The notes beneath the pieces were generated by a model, which saw only the letters and a list, made by a program, of their open reading frames with translations, did not search any database and was not told the DNA's origin. Position numbers and translations under genes: made by a program. Source: Fonticula alba ATCC 38817 (Eukaryota > Protista > Nucleariida). Taken from it: DNA of 64,000 nucleotides. Shown here piece by piece: positions 25,379 through 37,720 of this stretch; within the stretch, counting starts at the first letter, position 1, and each line of letters begins with the position of its first letter. The stretch lies in assembly GCA_000388065.2 (NCBI GenBank), contig KB932207.1. The stretch is one strand, 5' to 3'.

Positions 25379-26297
25379 TCACTTGATGTTGATCTTCTCG
25401 TGGGCACCGTGGATCTTGTGGGAGGAGGTCCCGTCGGTGGCGGTCTCGCCGAGGGACCCCCGGCGGGCGGACTTCGGCGAGTGGGGCCCGGCCTCGTCGG
25501 TGGCGCCGCGCTTGAGCATGTTCATGCCGGCCTCCATCCACATGGTGATCTTGGTGGTCAGGGTGTTGTCCCAGATCTCGGCGGTCTGGGCCTCGACACG
25601 CAGCAGGCACAGCTCCGGCGACTCCTTGCCCTTGGGGAAGAAGGCGTCCCAAGCGTGGGTGTAGAACTCGTCGATCTTCTGGCGGTCCTTGTTGATGATG
25701 GCCTTGCCGCTGATGGAGATGAAGGAGCTGCTGCTCTGGAAGGAGACGCTCACGTGCGGGTCGAACTCGATGTCGGAGCACTGCAAGATGGGCCGGCGTG
25801 TGCGAGAGTCCCATTGTGCGTGTGCGTGTGCGTGTGCGTGTGCGTGTGCGTGTGCGTGTGCCAGAGGAGGGAGAGGTGAGTATGCGGCGAGCAGCCCCCC
25901 CTGCCAGGCAAAGAAAGGATCATCCATGCTGGNNNNNNNNNNGCAGCCCCCCCTGCCAGGCAAAGAAAGGATCATCCATGCTGGTCGGGGGGGGGGGGGG
26001 GGGGGGACGATCGCCCACATCTCAGCACAGGGGGGGGGGGGGGGACCCACTTTTGGCACGCACCTTGCTCGAATCGCAGGACATGGCAAACCAGACGTCG
26101 CCGTTGTCATCGACATGGGCCACGGCCATCGGACGGGTGCGGAGGCCGCTGTCGGCCCGACGCGTGGTCAGCATGGCGTTGTGGAAGCCGCGCATGTTCT
26201 CAACAAGCTTCTTGACCTTCTCCGCGTGCTGCTTGTCGCCATGCGCGGAGTCCATCATGCGGCTCTGGTCCTTGGAGCTGGGGGCAACGGAACCCAT
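25379..26297 (-). CDS. General stress protein 26 (YdaG)/Bli-3-like, pyridoxamine 5'-phosphate oxidase-like FMN-binding split barrel, about 211 aa
   Basis: Exons 26297-26064 and 25780-25379 (phase 0). Motifs 'AMLTTRRADSGLRTRPMAV', 'GDVWFAMSCDSSK|CSDIEFDPHVSVSF', 'FISISGKA', 'AWDAFFPKGKESPELCLLRVEAQTAEIWD'. Confidence 0.88.
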
Positions 26298-29213
26298 CTG
26301 CACGAGCGCGCATGATATCGGGGGGGAGGCCGGGGGGGGGGGGGGTCAAATCAAGTTAGAGGACGGTTCAGATGCCCCCAGGTACACCGGGCCGCCGGAC
26401 GGCCGGACGGCAATGTCAGAGGCCTAAGCTAGGGTGATGCGCGACGAGGGGAGGCAATAGCGCAAGCCACACCCCTGCCGTCAGCCGGGCAAGCGGGCAC
26501 CCTGTCCCGAGAGACAGGGGGCTCACACGCGTCGGTGACCGGAGCCGCGATCCACCCCCCCTCGGGACAACCGCACGCCGGAAATGTGACGCACCTTGAC
26601 TTGTGAAGTATCGGGGGGGGGGGGGGGGAGCGAGAAATGTGTGTGGAGTCCGGGTAGAAGGGACACCAACGAAAAGCGACGAGGGGGGAGAAGGAAAAAT
26701 CGGCGGGGGCTCGGACTTCCTTTGGGGCTAACGAAGGGAGCCCCAGGGCATCTTGGCAAGCTCGCTGATATAGGTGGGTGACGCGCGCCCCATGCCCGAG
26801 CTCTCGTGCGAGCATTTGCCTCGGCCCGGCCGCGCGCGCGCGCGCGCGCGCGCGTCGTGCGTGCACATCCTCTCCTCCTGCCCCCTCGCCTCCTCTCCGC
26901 GCCCTGCCCAGCCCCCGAGGCGCCAGCCCCCTCCCCCCAGGCGAGGCGCCCCGCCGGGCAGGAGCAACCCCCTGCCATGACCCGGGAGAGAAGGCCCTCG
27001 CGGGATTGTCCAGACACATACGCCGATACATAGATAGTGGCACATGGGCAGATTGAAACAGGCACCAGGGAGGCCGGGCATGCATGGACCGCAGTAGGGG
27101 CCGACTGGAAGCCCCCCTGCTTGTTCTGGGCCCTGTGGCAGCGCAACAGATAGACATCAGGGGGGGGGGGGGGGGCACATTTTGGCCAAACCACCCCCCC
27201 CGCCCCCCCCCCCCCCCCACACACACACACGCCCTGTAACCCTCCCTGGCCGGATCGCTCCGCGCCGCGGTTGGGTGAACACCGGTGACCCACCTGGCGG
27301 CATATCTCGACGCCTCCCGGGGCAACCGCGCCCGACCTGACACCCGGGACAAGCGATTGCGCGCCCTTGGGCCGCCGGCAGCGTTTTGTGGAGGTATCTC
27401 CAGTCCCGGCCCCTTTGCCGCGCTGCAGGCGATACCCGGCGAGATCCCCCGCCAGGCCGGCATACGTCAGATTCCGGAGCGCCTGGGTGTGTGTCTTCGG
27501 GCTCATCCCCCCCCCCCCCCCCCCCCCCCGGAGGAGCGGCGGAGTTTTGGAGAACCCTCGCGCAGGCCTGGCCCCAGTCCAGCATTGCGGGAGGGGTGCC
27601 CTCCAGCGGAGGTGCCACCATGGTCAAAGTCTCCTGCATACCTTAGATGCTACTGCGCCCTGCCAGCCGGCCACCCCGCTCGCCCCTCCTCCCCTGCTAC
27701 ACACACACACACACACCCTCTTGAGCGCCAACCGCCCGCCACATGTGCAGCCGGATGCGCGCTTTTACACACGCGAGATGCGCCGAGACATCTCACGAAG
27801 GGGGCAGGGGGTGACGAAATCAGCGATACAGATCTGCAAGGGTCCAGCGTCCCCGGGGCCCTTCGCCCCGCCGGCGCCCAAGTTGCGGCTCCCGAGGGAA
27901 AATTGTCCCCACCAGGGGAGGAAAAAGAAGCAGCGTCCAGCAACACCCTTCCCGCCTGCCGGAGGCGGCCACAGGGCACGGCGGATGGCAGAGGAACAGC
28001 CGGGAGCGGGGAGCGGGGAGCGAGGAGCGTGGAGCGGGGTTAATTGACGGGGACCATGCGCCGGTTGCCTATGCCACTGATACTCTCCGCTGAGAGGGGG
28101 CCGGCCCCCGCTCCCCCTGTGTTCCCGAGTCACCCGGGGCAATGGTGGCTCGGAGCATGCCCCAGGCCGATGCAGGCCAGGTTCCCTGGTTGCCGCGCCC
28201 GGGGCATTCGCCGAGGACCGATTGAGGATGAAGGGCAGCCCGAAGATCGGCCTCAGCCCGGCGCGGCGGCGCTGCCGGGCATCCAGGCCCACGCGCCGAC
28301 GCGCATCCGTCCGGATCGTGCCCCGGCTGCGGTCCCCCCCACCCCCCCCCCCCCGCCTCCCGCACTCGCAGGAAACGGATTGGTCCTGGTAGTCCACAAC
28401 CAAAGATGTCATCGGTCACGGGATATGACCTCGGCTGACGCTGATCACGCTCCAGGCCCCGCACCGGCCCCAGAGCTCGCGTCCACCGGCCTCGGGCCAG
28501 TGCCGCCCTTGCCGGCCCGCCCGGGCGCGCCGCTCGCCTCGCCTTGGTCAGCTGCGCCACACTGGGCGGGGGTGGAGGCGAGATATGTGGGGACCGGCGC
28601 CGAGAAGGCAAGGCCATCGCGGCGCGTGTGCGCGCATTGCCCTCACGCTGTGGAGTCGGCTGTGGTTGGCAAGAGCCCCAGCACAAACCGGGAGCGAGCC
28701 CCCGGCAAAGGGGTGCAAAGGCATGTCTGTGAGGCGTCTTGTGCCATGCCGACGACACAGGGGGGCGGGGGGACGGTGCTGGATGGGGATTTTTTTTGCA
28801 TTTAAGGAGGGAAGTGGGGGGAGGGGGGAGGCGCGTGGAGAACGCGCTCTGCGAGTTGTAGTCACCAAAGAGAGGGAGCGGCGCGGGTGCGCGCGGGTGC
28901 GCGTGCGCGCACATACAAAAGTCTCTTGGCTGGGCACAACGCGCGGATTCTAGGAAAAAAAACAATCGCGCGGAGGAAAAGGCCAGACAATGGTCCGGCA
29001 CGACAAGACACACCACGCTCAAGATTGCCGGACGGGGAGGGCGCGGGGGAGGGGGGAGGGACTCAGAGACAGGGGAAGAGAGGGAGCGAGAGGTCGATCA
29101 TGCTCCGGACGTGCAAACCCACGCGCGGCCAACAGCACGCGCGGCCGCCTCTGCGCGCACTCGCTCGGCCCGGCCCGGCCCGGCCCCATCCACCGGACGG
29201 ATCTCCTCCGCAC

Positions 29214-30193
29214 TTAGAGCTTAAGGGCGTTGCTGAGGCGAGCAGGGACATGCTGGCTGCTGACCTCATCGAGATGGCCCTTGGAAATGGCCTCATGGAT
29301 GCGGAGCTGGGACTCCTCCGGCAGGACACCCTCGGCGCCCTCGCCGAAGAGGATGGCACGGGCCTCCTTGAAGGCGGCCGAGCGCTCGCCGAGCACATGC
29401 TTCAGGCGAGCCATGGACTTGCGCACCTTGCGCAGATGCTCCCGCGCATAGAAGGGGCGCTTCTCGATGTTGCAGGCGTACCGCTGGGTGAGCAGCATGT
29501 TGCGCTCCTTCAGCAGAACAAACCACAGCTTGTGCAGGTCCTCATAGGAGTGGGTGCGAAGCTCGGACGCGGTCCAGCTGCGGCCTGTGCCCCGGGGGGG
29601 GGGGGGGGGGGTGCGCCCGGTCGAGTGGTGATGGTGAGCACGGTGAGCAGGCATGGCAGTGACGCATATGCGTGAGCAGGGGGGCGGGTGGGCGGGCGGG
29701 CGGGCGGGCGGGGGCCAGGGTCTGGCTCTCGCGGCCAGCACGAAGGCCGGCCCAAACCGCAGGCAAGCACAAGGGCCCGGCCGGGCGAGGGGAAAAGCCA
29801 CGCACCAACTGACATCTTCTCCGGGGTCGCCGAGGCGTACTGGGTGGGGGGAAGGAAAAACTGCGAGAACGGATGGGTCTGGAGACTGGTCATGGTGGCG
29901 ACCAGCTCGTCGCGGGTGCGCTGGTTCCGGTCGGCCACGGACTCCTGCTCGACCTCCTCGCGGTTGGCCTCCTTGGCGCTGACACGGCGGTTCACATGGT
30001 TGGCCATCTGGCGCATGTGCCGGTCGCGGGGGTTGACGTAGCGCGAGTAGGCGCGCCCATTGGACGGGGGGGCGCCCTCGTTGGACGTGGTGGTGGCAGC
30101 CAGGCCGGCAGGCAGCACCGGGCCCATGGGCTGACCCAGCCGGAAACCCGCCAGCAGGGCGGGGCGCGAGAGCCCGACAGTGCGGCTCAGCAT
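29214..30193 (-). CDS. MRPL47: Mitochondrial ribosomal protein uL29m (MRPL47 / yeast MrpL4), about 252 aa
   Basis: Exons 30193-29806 and 29584-29214 (phase 1). Presequence-like N-terminus. Signature 'GRSWTASELRTHSYEDLHKLWFVLLKERNMLLT...KVRKSMARLKHVLGER'. Confidence 0.95.
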
Positions 30194-31635
30194 CGCGATG
30201 TGCGGGAAGGGGGGGGGGAAGGGGGCGAAAAGCAGGAGGGGGAAAGGGGGAGGGGGGGGGGGGGAGAGGCGCTGAGGGCACAGTTGTCCAGGGCCCGACG
30301 GGACATGGCCGCCGGCCGGGGAGGCACTTCAATCTGCCCGGAGACGTGTGGGGAATCGAACCCTCCCGGGCCCCGGCGAGCCGGCATCTGGCGGACCGCA
30401 CAGCCCGGCACATGGTGGCGGGCACAGACACCCCTCGGCGTCCGGCCCCGGGGCACATGCTGCGCACCCATCAGGACTCCCGGCGCGAGGGGCCGCCGGG
30501 CCGGGCCGCTTGCCTGGCGGGTCAGCCTCCCTCGGACGCGTGTGCCCGCGTCGCCGCAACCACGGGCGGGCGGGCGGGCGGGAGGGGTGGCAGGGGGGGG
30601 AGGGGGGTAGCTTCGGCGGTGGCAGTGGCGGCGCGCCCCGCTGCTCAGATCAAAATGGCATTCCTCCTCTACTCCCGACGCGCCGTGGGCAGCTGACGTG
30701 CCCACTGTCTGGCCGAGTCAGTTACCCACCCTGCCCGTTGGTGTCGGCCGGGGCAGGCGAGGCGCAGAGGCGCAGGCACGGCGGGGGTGGGCGGGCTAAT
30801 GGGCCGCCCCTGGGGCCCGGTGCCCGCCCGAAGGGGGGGGGGGGGGATAAAAAAGCCTGGAGCAGGACCCGGGCACGCCGCCCGGGGGCGGTGTGCGCGG
30901 GGGGGAGGAGGAGGGCTGAAGTGAAACATTGCTCCCCCCCCCCCCCCCCNNNNNNNNNNNNNNNNNNNNNNNNNNNNNNNNNNNNNNNNNNNNNNNNNNN
31001 NNNNNNNNNNNNNNNNNNNNNNNNNNNNNNNNNNNNNNNNNNNNNNNNNNNNNNNNNNNNNNNNNNNNNNNNNNNNNNNNNNNNNNNNNNNNNNNNNNNN
31101 NNNNNNNNNNNNNNNNNNNNNNNNNNNNNNNNNNNNNNNNNNNNNNNNNNNNNNNNNNNNNNNNNNNNNNNNNNNNNNNNNNNNNNNNNNNNNNNNNNNN
31201 NNNNNNNNNNNNNNNNNNNNNNNNNNNNNNNNNNNNNNNNNNNNNNNNNNNNNNNNNNNNNNNNNNNNNNNNNNNNNNNNNNNNNNNNNNNNNNNNNNNN
31301 NNNCCGGTGCGTGCTCATCATTCCCCCCCCCCCCCTCCCTCCCTCTCCCCCCGCCGCGTTTCCGCCGTGCCTGCTCCCAGGCTTCCCCTCCCTGCCCCGA
31401 GCGCTTCTCTATCACGCCCACGCCCACGCCCACGCCCGCAGCTTCTCCTCCCCCCCCCCCGCCCTCCTCCCCCAATCCCCCGCTCCCTCGCGTCCGCGCT
31501 CCGCTGCCCACCGAGACCGAGTGAGAGACCGCCGCGCGCTCGCGCCCTTCTCCGCCTGCTCGTGCCCACATATCGCGCCTGCTGCCCCGGCCGCCGCTGC
31601 CGCCGCCGCCGCTGTGCGCTCCCCTCCTCGCTGCC

Positions 31636-34600
31636 ATGTCCTTCACCAGTGACGAGGTGAACCTCCTGATCTACCGCTATCTGCAGGAGTCCGGTGCGTG
31701 CTCATCATTCCCCCCCCCCCCCCTCCAGCGGGGATGGAGTGGGCTGGCAGAGAGGGGGCTTGATGATGGTCCGGCTCTGACACATGTCCCTCCCCAATGC
31801 ACATCGTGGGATTTGCCGGCCCCTTGGCTCGCCTCCAGGCTTTTCCCACTCGTCGTTCGTCTTCAGCAATGAGAGCCTCCTCTTCCAGGCGGACATCCTG
31901 ACCGAGCCGTCGGCCGATGACGGCGACGTGCCGCCCGCCTTGAACATCCCCCCCGGCGCGTTGATTGCCCTCCTGCAGAAGGGCCTCCAATATGTGGAGA
32001 TCGAGTGGCATGTTCGTGAGGTGCGTCCTCGGGCCGGCCGCCGGGCCCACTCCTCCCCAGCGGTCTCTCTCTCCCTCTCGCTCGCTCGCTCGCTCGCTCG
32101 ACATGAGCGCACACACCTGGATAGGCATATATGGCCATGCTCTTCGTTCCTGACCCTCGCCTCTTCCCTCTCCCGCCCGGCACGACCCCCTGTACAGGAC
32201 GGCAAGGAGATCTCCTGCCGCGACATCCCGTCATTAATCACGGCCACGCAGCCGCACCACTGCAGTGCGGCGCCGGTTCGCCGCCGGGGGCGGTCAGCCT
32301 CGCGCGCCTTCCACCATGCGGCATACTGTGACATGCCCTCGCCGGGGATCGCGCGCCTGCAGCAGCGGGTCAAACGCCGGCGAAAGGCCCGGCCCGCGGC
32401 CGGCCCCTCCAAAGCCGTCATGCTCTATGGGCATTCGGGTGAGGTACGCTCACGGCCCCCGGACGCCTCCCTGTCCGTCTGCCCGCCCCCTCCCTGTCCG
32501 TCTGCCCGCCCCCTCCCTCCCTCCCCCTCCCCCGCCCTCACCCCCCACCCCACCCCACCCACGCGTTCAGGTTTTCTCGTGTGCTTGGAACCCGGCCAAC
32601 GCCAATCTCCTGGCCTCCGGCTCTGGCGACGGCACGGCCCGGATCTGGCAACTCCCCGCCGAGCCGCTCAGTCCCCCCAATCTGGCCGCCGCAACGGCCA
32701 CTCCCGGAACCTCCCTCCTGGAATCCCTGTCCTCCGTTGTGCTGGACCACTCGGCCCTGATCCGGACGCCAACCACCTTCCCCAGGCGGGATGTCCCCTG
32801 CGTCGACTGGAGTGTCCGTCCTTGTGGCCCCTTTTGCCCGCCCGCCCGCCCGCCCCTGCTGCCTTGACATGTGTTCCCCCGCGAGGGAGGGGTGATCGAT
32901 CGCCTGCCGTGCGACTGACACGCCAATGGCCCATTTCCCCCCCCCCCCCCCCACTCCCCCCCGGCCTCGCTCCCCGGCCTCGCTCCCCGGCCCCCCAGAC
33001 GGACGGCATTATGCTGGCCACCGGGGCATACGATGGCAGTGCGCGGCTTTGGTCCATCCGGGGCCAGCTCCTGGCCACGCTGCAGCCATCCGATCCCACC
33101 CGGGCAGCTCCCCTGCTCTCGGTCAGCTGGAGCCCGGCCCTTCGAGCCCTGGCCGGGCCTGAGCCCGAGTCCGATACTCGCTGCCTGCTGAGCACCTCCC
33201 TCTCCGGGCGCATCGACCTGTGGCTGGTCAAACCAAATGGCCAGTATCCCTTCCTGCTGGAGGAGAAGGGAGGCCCTGACGGGCTGACTGTCAAGCAGGA
33301 CGAAATCCAACCCTTCACCGCGGCCCCCATCCACTGGGCCCAGACCTCCCATCATGCCGGTGCGTGCTGCCCCGTGAGAAGTGGGCTGCTCGATGGCAGC
33401 CCGCGGCGTGGGCCTCCGCCAGGCAAGGGGCTCTTTTTTTTTTTTGCCCGGCTCTGCCCCTTTCTCCCGTGCTTCCCCTCCTTTGTGCCTGCGTCGTGCT
33501 CCGTGGCTCATTGTCCCCCCCCCCCCCCCTCCCCCCCCCCGCCGCCGCGCCTACTTCTGCCCCACCCTCCCGGCCGTAGCCCCGGTCCTGGACATCGCTT
33601 GGCGCGATCACAGCGTCTTCGCCACGTGCGGCATGGATGGCTGGGTGGCGGTACACAGCCTGGCCGGGCTGCCGTCCGGGCCCGAATCCAGCGCCAGCCC
33701 CCTCACCCTGCCGCCTCCCCTGCGGAACTTCACTTCACATACGGACGAGGTCAATGCGCTCCGCTGGTCGCCCGGCCGCTTCAGTGGCTTCTACGCGCCG
33801 GACGTCCTGCACAATGGGGACATCGCCCCGGCGCCCGGGTCACCGGAGCACGCTCTCTGCGTTGGAACCGGCGGCCCCGATGGCGACGATGGCATCGACC
33901 AGGGCGTCACCCTGTTGGCCACCTGCTCGGATGACGCCACGATCAAAGTACACCTGCCCCTCCCCCTCCTCTCCTTTGGCACTGGGCCTTCTTTTCTTCC
34001 TCCTTTTTTTTCCCCCTCCCCCCGCTTGAAAGAAGAAGAAGAAAAAACACCCCGCACCGCACACTCACCACTTGCCCACGCCGAACGCTCTGCAGATCTG
34101 GGACCCGCGGCTTTCGGCGGCGACCGGCCCGCTGCGCGACTTGCGCGGCCACGCCGGGCCTGTGTGCGCCATCGCCTGGGCTCCGCCCGGGACCGGGCTG
34201 CGCTTCTTGCCGATGGCCGTCTCCTCGGCGCCAAGCCGGTCCGACACGCGCTCGAGCGTGGCTCCGGCCACGGAGAGCAAGACCGACGCGGCCCCCGGCC
34301 CGACACCCGCCCCGGGCCCCGGGCCCCCAACGGGCCTGGAAGCCGACTCCCTGTCGCTGCTGCTGAAGTCCGAGAGCCCTTGGGGCGGCCCGGCGTCCGG
34401 TGTCCGGCTCATGGCGTCGAGCTCCATCGATGGGACCGTGCGCGTGTGGGACCTGGCCAGCGGCGAGTGCATCGCGGTGCTGGACGACTTTGCCGTGGCC
34501 GCGGCCGCCGAAGGCGCCGCCCCCGACGCGCATGTGGTCTATTCTCTTTCTTTTTCTCCCTGCGGATCGCTGCTGGCGGCCGGGTCACTGAATGGCGTCC

Positions 34601-35115
34601 TGCGGGTGTGGTCCCTCCGGTATGCGGTGGTGGCCGTGTCGGCCGATGAGCAGCGCTCCGGCACGGACGCCGCCCCGGCGGATGAGAGCACCGCGGCTCG
34701 GCCGCTGGTGGTCCGGTCGCCGGAGCACCCTGCCGTCCCGCTGTACCTGGCCCCGGAGACCGCTGATCGGGTGTCGGTCCGGACGCACCTGGTCCGCGAG
34801 GTGGCCTCATGGACCGGGATCTTCGGACCGGTGTGGGCCGAGACCATTGTCAGCCCGCCGGCGGACGCGGCCTCGGCCCCTGCCGCCGACAAGCCGGAGC
34901 CGGATCTGGCGGCCGGCCCGGCAAACCCGACGGCCGCCGCTCCGGCCGCCAATCCCCCGACGGATGGCGCCCCACCGGGCCTGGCCTCGCCGGTGCCGCC
35001 GCATGCCGCCGACCTCCAGGGCCTGGTGTATGATGTGGCCTGGGACTCCAGTGGGAGCCGCATCGCGGCAGCCCTCTCCTTCGGCGCCATCGGCCTCGTC
35101 GACGTTCGGATATAA
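31636..35115 (+). CDS. TBL1: LisH/WD40 transducin-beta-like protein (TBL1/TBLR1/Ebi/Sif2 family), about 825 aa
   Basis: Exons 31636-31693, 31839-32020, 32198-32443, 32571-32813, 32999-33359, 33580-33947 and 34096-35115 (total 2478 nt). N-terminus '[28 protein letters not shown]..E', 'IPPGALIALLQKGLQYVEIE', 'LYGHSGEVFSCAWNP..NLLASGSGDGTARIW', 'LATGAYDGSARLW' and 'HTDEVNALRWSP'. Confidence 0.94.
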
Positions 35116-35496
35116 CTCGATCCCGGGGGCCTGTCACCCTGGACCCGGGCCCGGCCGCTGCTGTGTCCGGGGGCCCTTGCCGCCTGCTTTTTGCCGTGCT
35201 TGGCGTTTTGTCCCCTCTCTCTTTCTCTCTCTCCCTCTTGACTCCTCGCCATCCCCCTCCATGTGTGCTTTTTTCCTCCCGACCACATCCCCATTTTGTC
35301 CTTGTTCACGGGCCGCCCTGCGCCAGCTGGGCGGGACACGTCCCAATATACAGCGCGTGCACTTGCACATTGGTCAAGAGGGGGCAGAGGAAGGAGCCTA
35401 CAAATCCAGAGGAGCGGGCGGGCGGGCAGGGGGGGAAGGGGGTCATTCATTTACCGGGCACCGGCAGACCGGAGGCGCGAGGGGGCCGAAGCCCGA

Positions 35497-36424
35497 TCAC
35501 CGACCGCCCGAGCCGGAGTGTTTCCCGGAGCGCCCAGGTGCGGTTTTCAGCGGGAGCAACGGGCTTCCGGCCGAGGAGGGCTTTGCTCGTGGGGCGGCAC
35601 CTGGTGCCGTCACGGCGGCGGCCGCGGCCGCGGCCGGCGCCGGTCCCGCCGCAGCAGCAGCCGATCCAGCCACAGAGCCGGCCGCCGATGTCGCGGGCAG
35701 GGCTGACTCGGGCTCGGCCAGGAGCGATTGCTCCAGGGCCACTATCCGGTCGCGAATCATGATGAGCATCGCCCGGAGGACCGGGATAGGAACGGATTCT
35801 GGACGGGGTTCAGCAGAGGGTTAGACTGACGCAGAGCACCGAGGCCAGCAGGTAGGCGAGAGTCCATCGGCAGGCCTGTTCGCACCGCGGCTCGGCCCGA
35901 GGATAGCCGAGATGAGGCGGCTGGCGGAGATCTGCCCACGGGCGTCCGGCGCCCGGGCATCCGGCCCGCCAGGGCTGCCACCCTCGGCCAGGTACTGCTG
36001 GAAGCTGGTCTCCATGGTTTCCTCGGCGCGCTGCCAGAGGGCCTCAATCCACCCGGACGACAAGAGGTGCTGATGGAGGCGGGCCTTGATTCTGTGGCAG
36101 GGGGAATCATGCGCCCGGAGCGGGACCCCAAGGCCCGACCGATGAATCGGCCCACGGGAGGGAGTGGATAGGAGAGGGAGAAGCAGGGGGCAGAACAGCG
36201 GCCTGTGAGCAAGACCCCGCGGGAGCACAGGGCGGTCAACCTGCTTGACCTCCAGGCAGCAGGAGGGAAACGCACTCGGACCGATCGCCACGACATTCCA
36301 GCGCACGGGCCACCCGCTCGTGGGGATCGGCCGTGGGGGAACTCCGGGAATTGCCGACCCGGGCAGGGCTGCCCAGTGAGGTGGGCCGCCGAGTGGCGCC
36401 GCCGCCGGCGCCAAGAACCCCCAT
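35497..36424 (-). CDS. ENY2: ENY2/Sus1-like SAGA/TREX-2 subunit with N- and C-terminal low-complexity extensions
   Basis: Exons 36424-36276, 36091-35886 and 35798-35497 (657 nt). The start may lie further upstream: an acceptor at 36503 and an ATG at 36654 are phase-compatible. The spliced core 'RVARALECRGDRSE|IKARLHQHLLSSGWIEALWQRAEETM...ISASRLISAILGPSR|ESVPIPVLRAMLIMIRDRI' aligns by eye to ENY2 '[31 protein letters not shown]...[31 protein letters not shown]'. Confidence 0.75.
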
Positions 36425-37720
36425 TCGGGGGGATGCCGACGGGCTGCGCGCTGTGGCTTGGCCAACAGCCGCTTTGGCCTTGGTGGCCCGCAGCGGTCCG
36501 GAGCTACATCGGTGAGTGGACAGACGAGCGGCCGGCAGGGCGAAGAAAGGTGTGAAGGGGCAACAAGGTCAGCGGAGGACGGGGGGGGGAACCGGCCAGG
36601 GCACAGAGGTGATGGATTGGCGTGGTCGGCGGGCGAGAGCACGGACCCGCTCATGGGGAGGGAGGGGGGGCGGGACGTGGTAGACCGGCGAAGGAGGGGG
36701 CGAGGAAGATGGATGGGCGGATGGAGCTGGGGTGGGAAACAGCTCCAAAGTGGGTGACAATTGGGGGATGGGCGCACCCACAGGGTGCCAGGCAGATCGC
36801 ACTTATCCTCTGTGTGTGTGTGTGTGAGCGCCCAGGCGAGCATACTCGGCCGCTCCAAACACGCAGGCCCGCCCGCCGGGCAGGGGGCAATCGGCTGGGC
36901 CTGGCTGGCCTGTACTGTCCCCCCCNNNNNNNNNNNNNNNNNNNNNNNNNNNNNNNNNNNNNNNNNNNNNNNNNNNNNNNNNNNNNNNNNNNNNNNNNNN
37001 NNNNNNNNNNNNNNNNNNNNNNNNNNNNNNNNNNNNNNNNNNNNNNNNNNNNNNNNNNNNNNNNNNNNNNNNNNNNNNNNNNNNNNNNNNNNNNNNNNNN
37101 NNNNNNNNNNNNNNNNNNNNNNNNNNNNNNNNNNNNNNNNNNNNNNNNNNNNNNNNNNNNNNNNNNNNNNNNNNNNNNNNNNNNNNNNNNNNNNNNNNNN
37201 NNNNNNNNNNNNNNNNNNNNNNNNNNNNNNNNNNNNNNNNNNNNNNNNNNNNNNNNNNNNNNNNNNNNNNNNNNNNNNNNNNNNNNNNNNNNNNNNNNNN
37301 NNNNNNNNNNNNNNNNNNNNNNNNNNNNNNNNNNNNNNNNNNNNNNNNNNNNNNNNNNNNNNNNNNNNNNNNNNNNNNNNNNNNNNNNNNNNNNNNNNNN
37401 NNNNNNNNNNNNNNNNNNNNNNNNNNNNNNNNNNNNNNNNNNNNNNNNNNNNNNNNNNNNNNNNNNNNNNNNNNNNNNNNNNNNNNNNNNNNNNNNNNNN
37501 NNNNNNNNNNNNNNNNNNNNNNNNNNNNNNNNNNNNNNNNNNNNNNNNNNNNNNNNNNNNNNNNNNNNNNNNNNNNNNNNNNNNNNNNNNNNNNNNNNNN
37601 NNNNNNNNNNNNNNNNNNNNNNNNNNNNNNNNNNGGGACAGCAGGGGAGAAGGAGAAGAAGAGGCAGAAGGAAGGCGACAAATGCCACAACAAAGATCGG
37701 CCTCCGGTCGCGCGGCGCAC

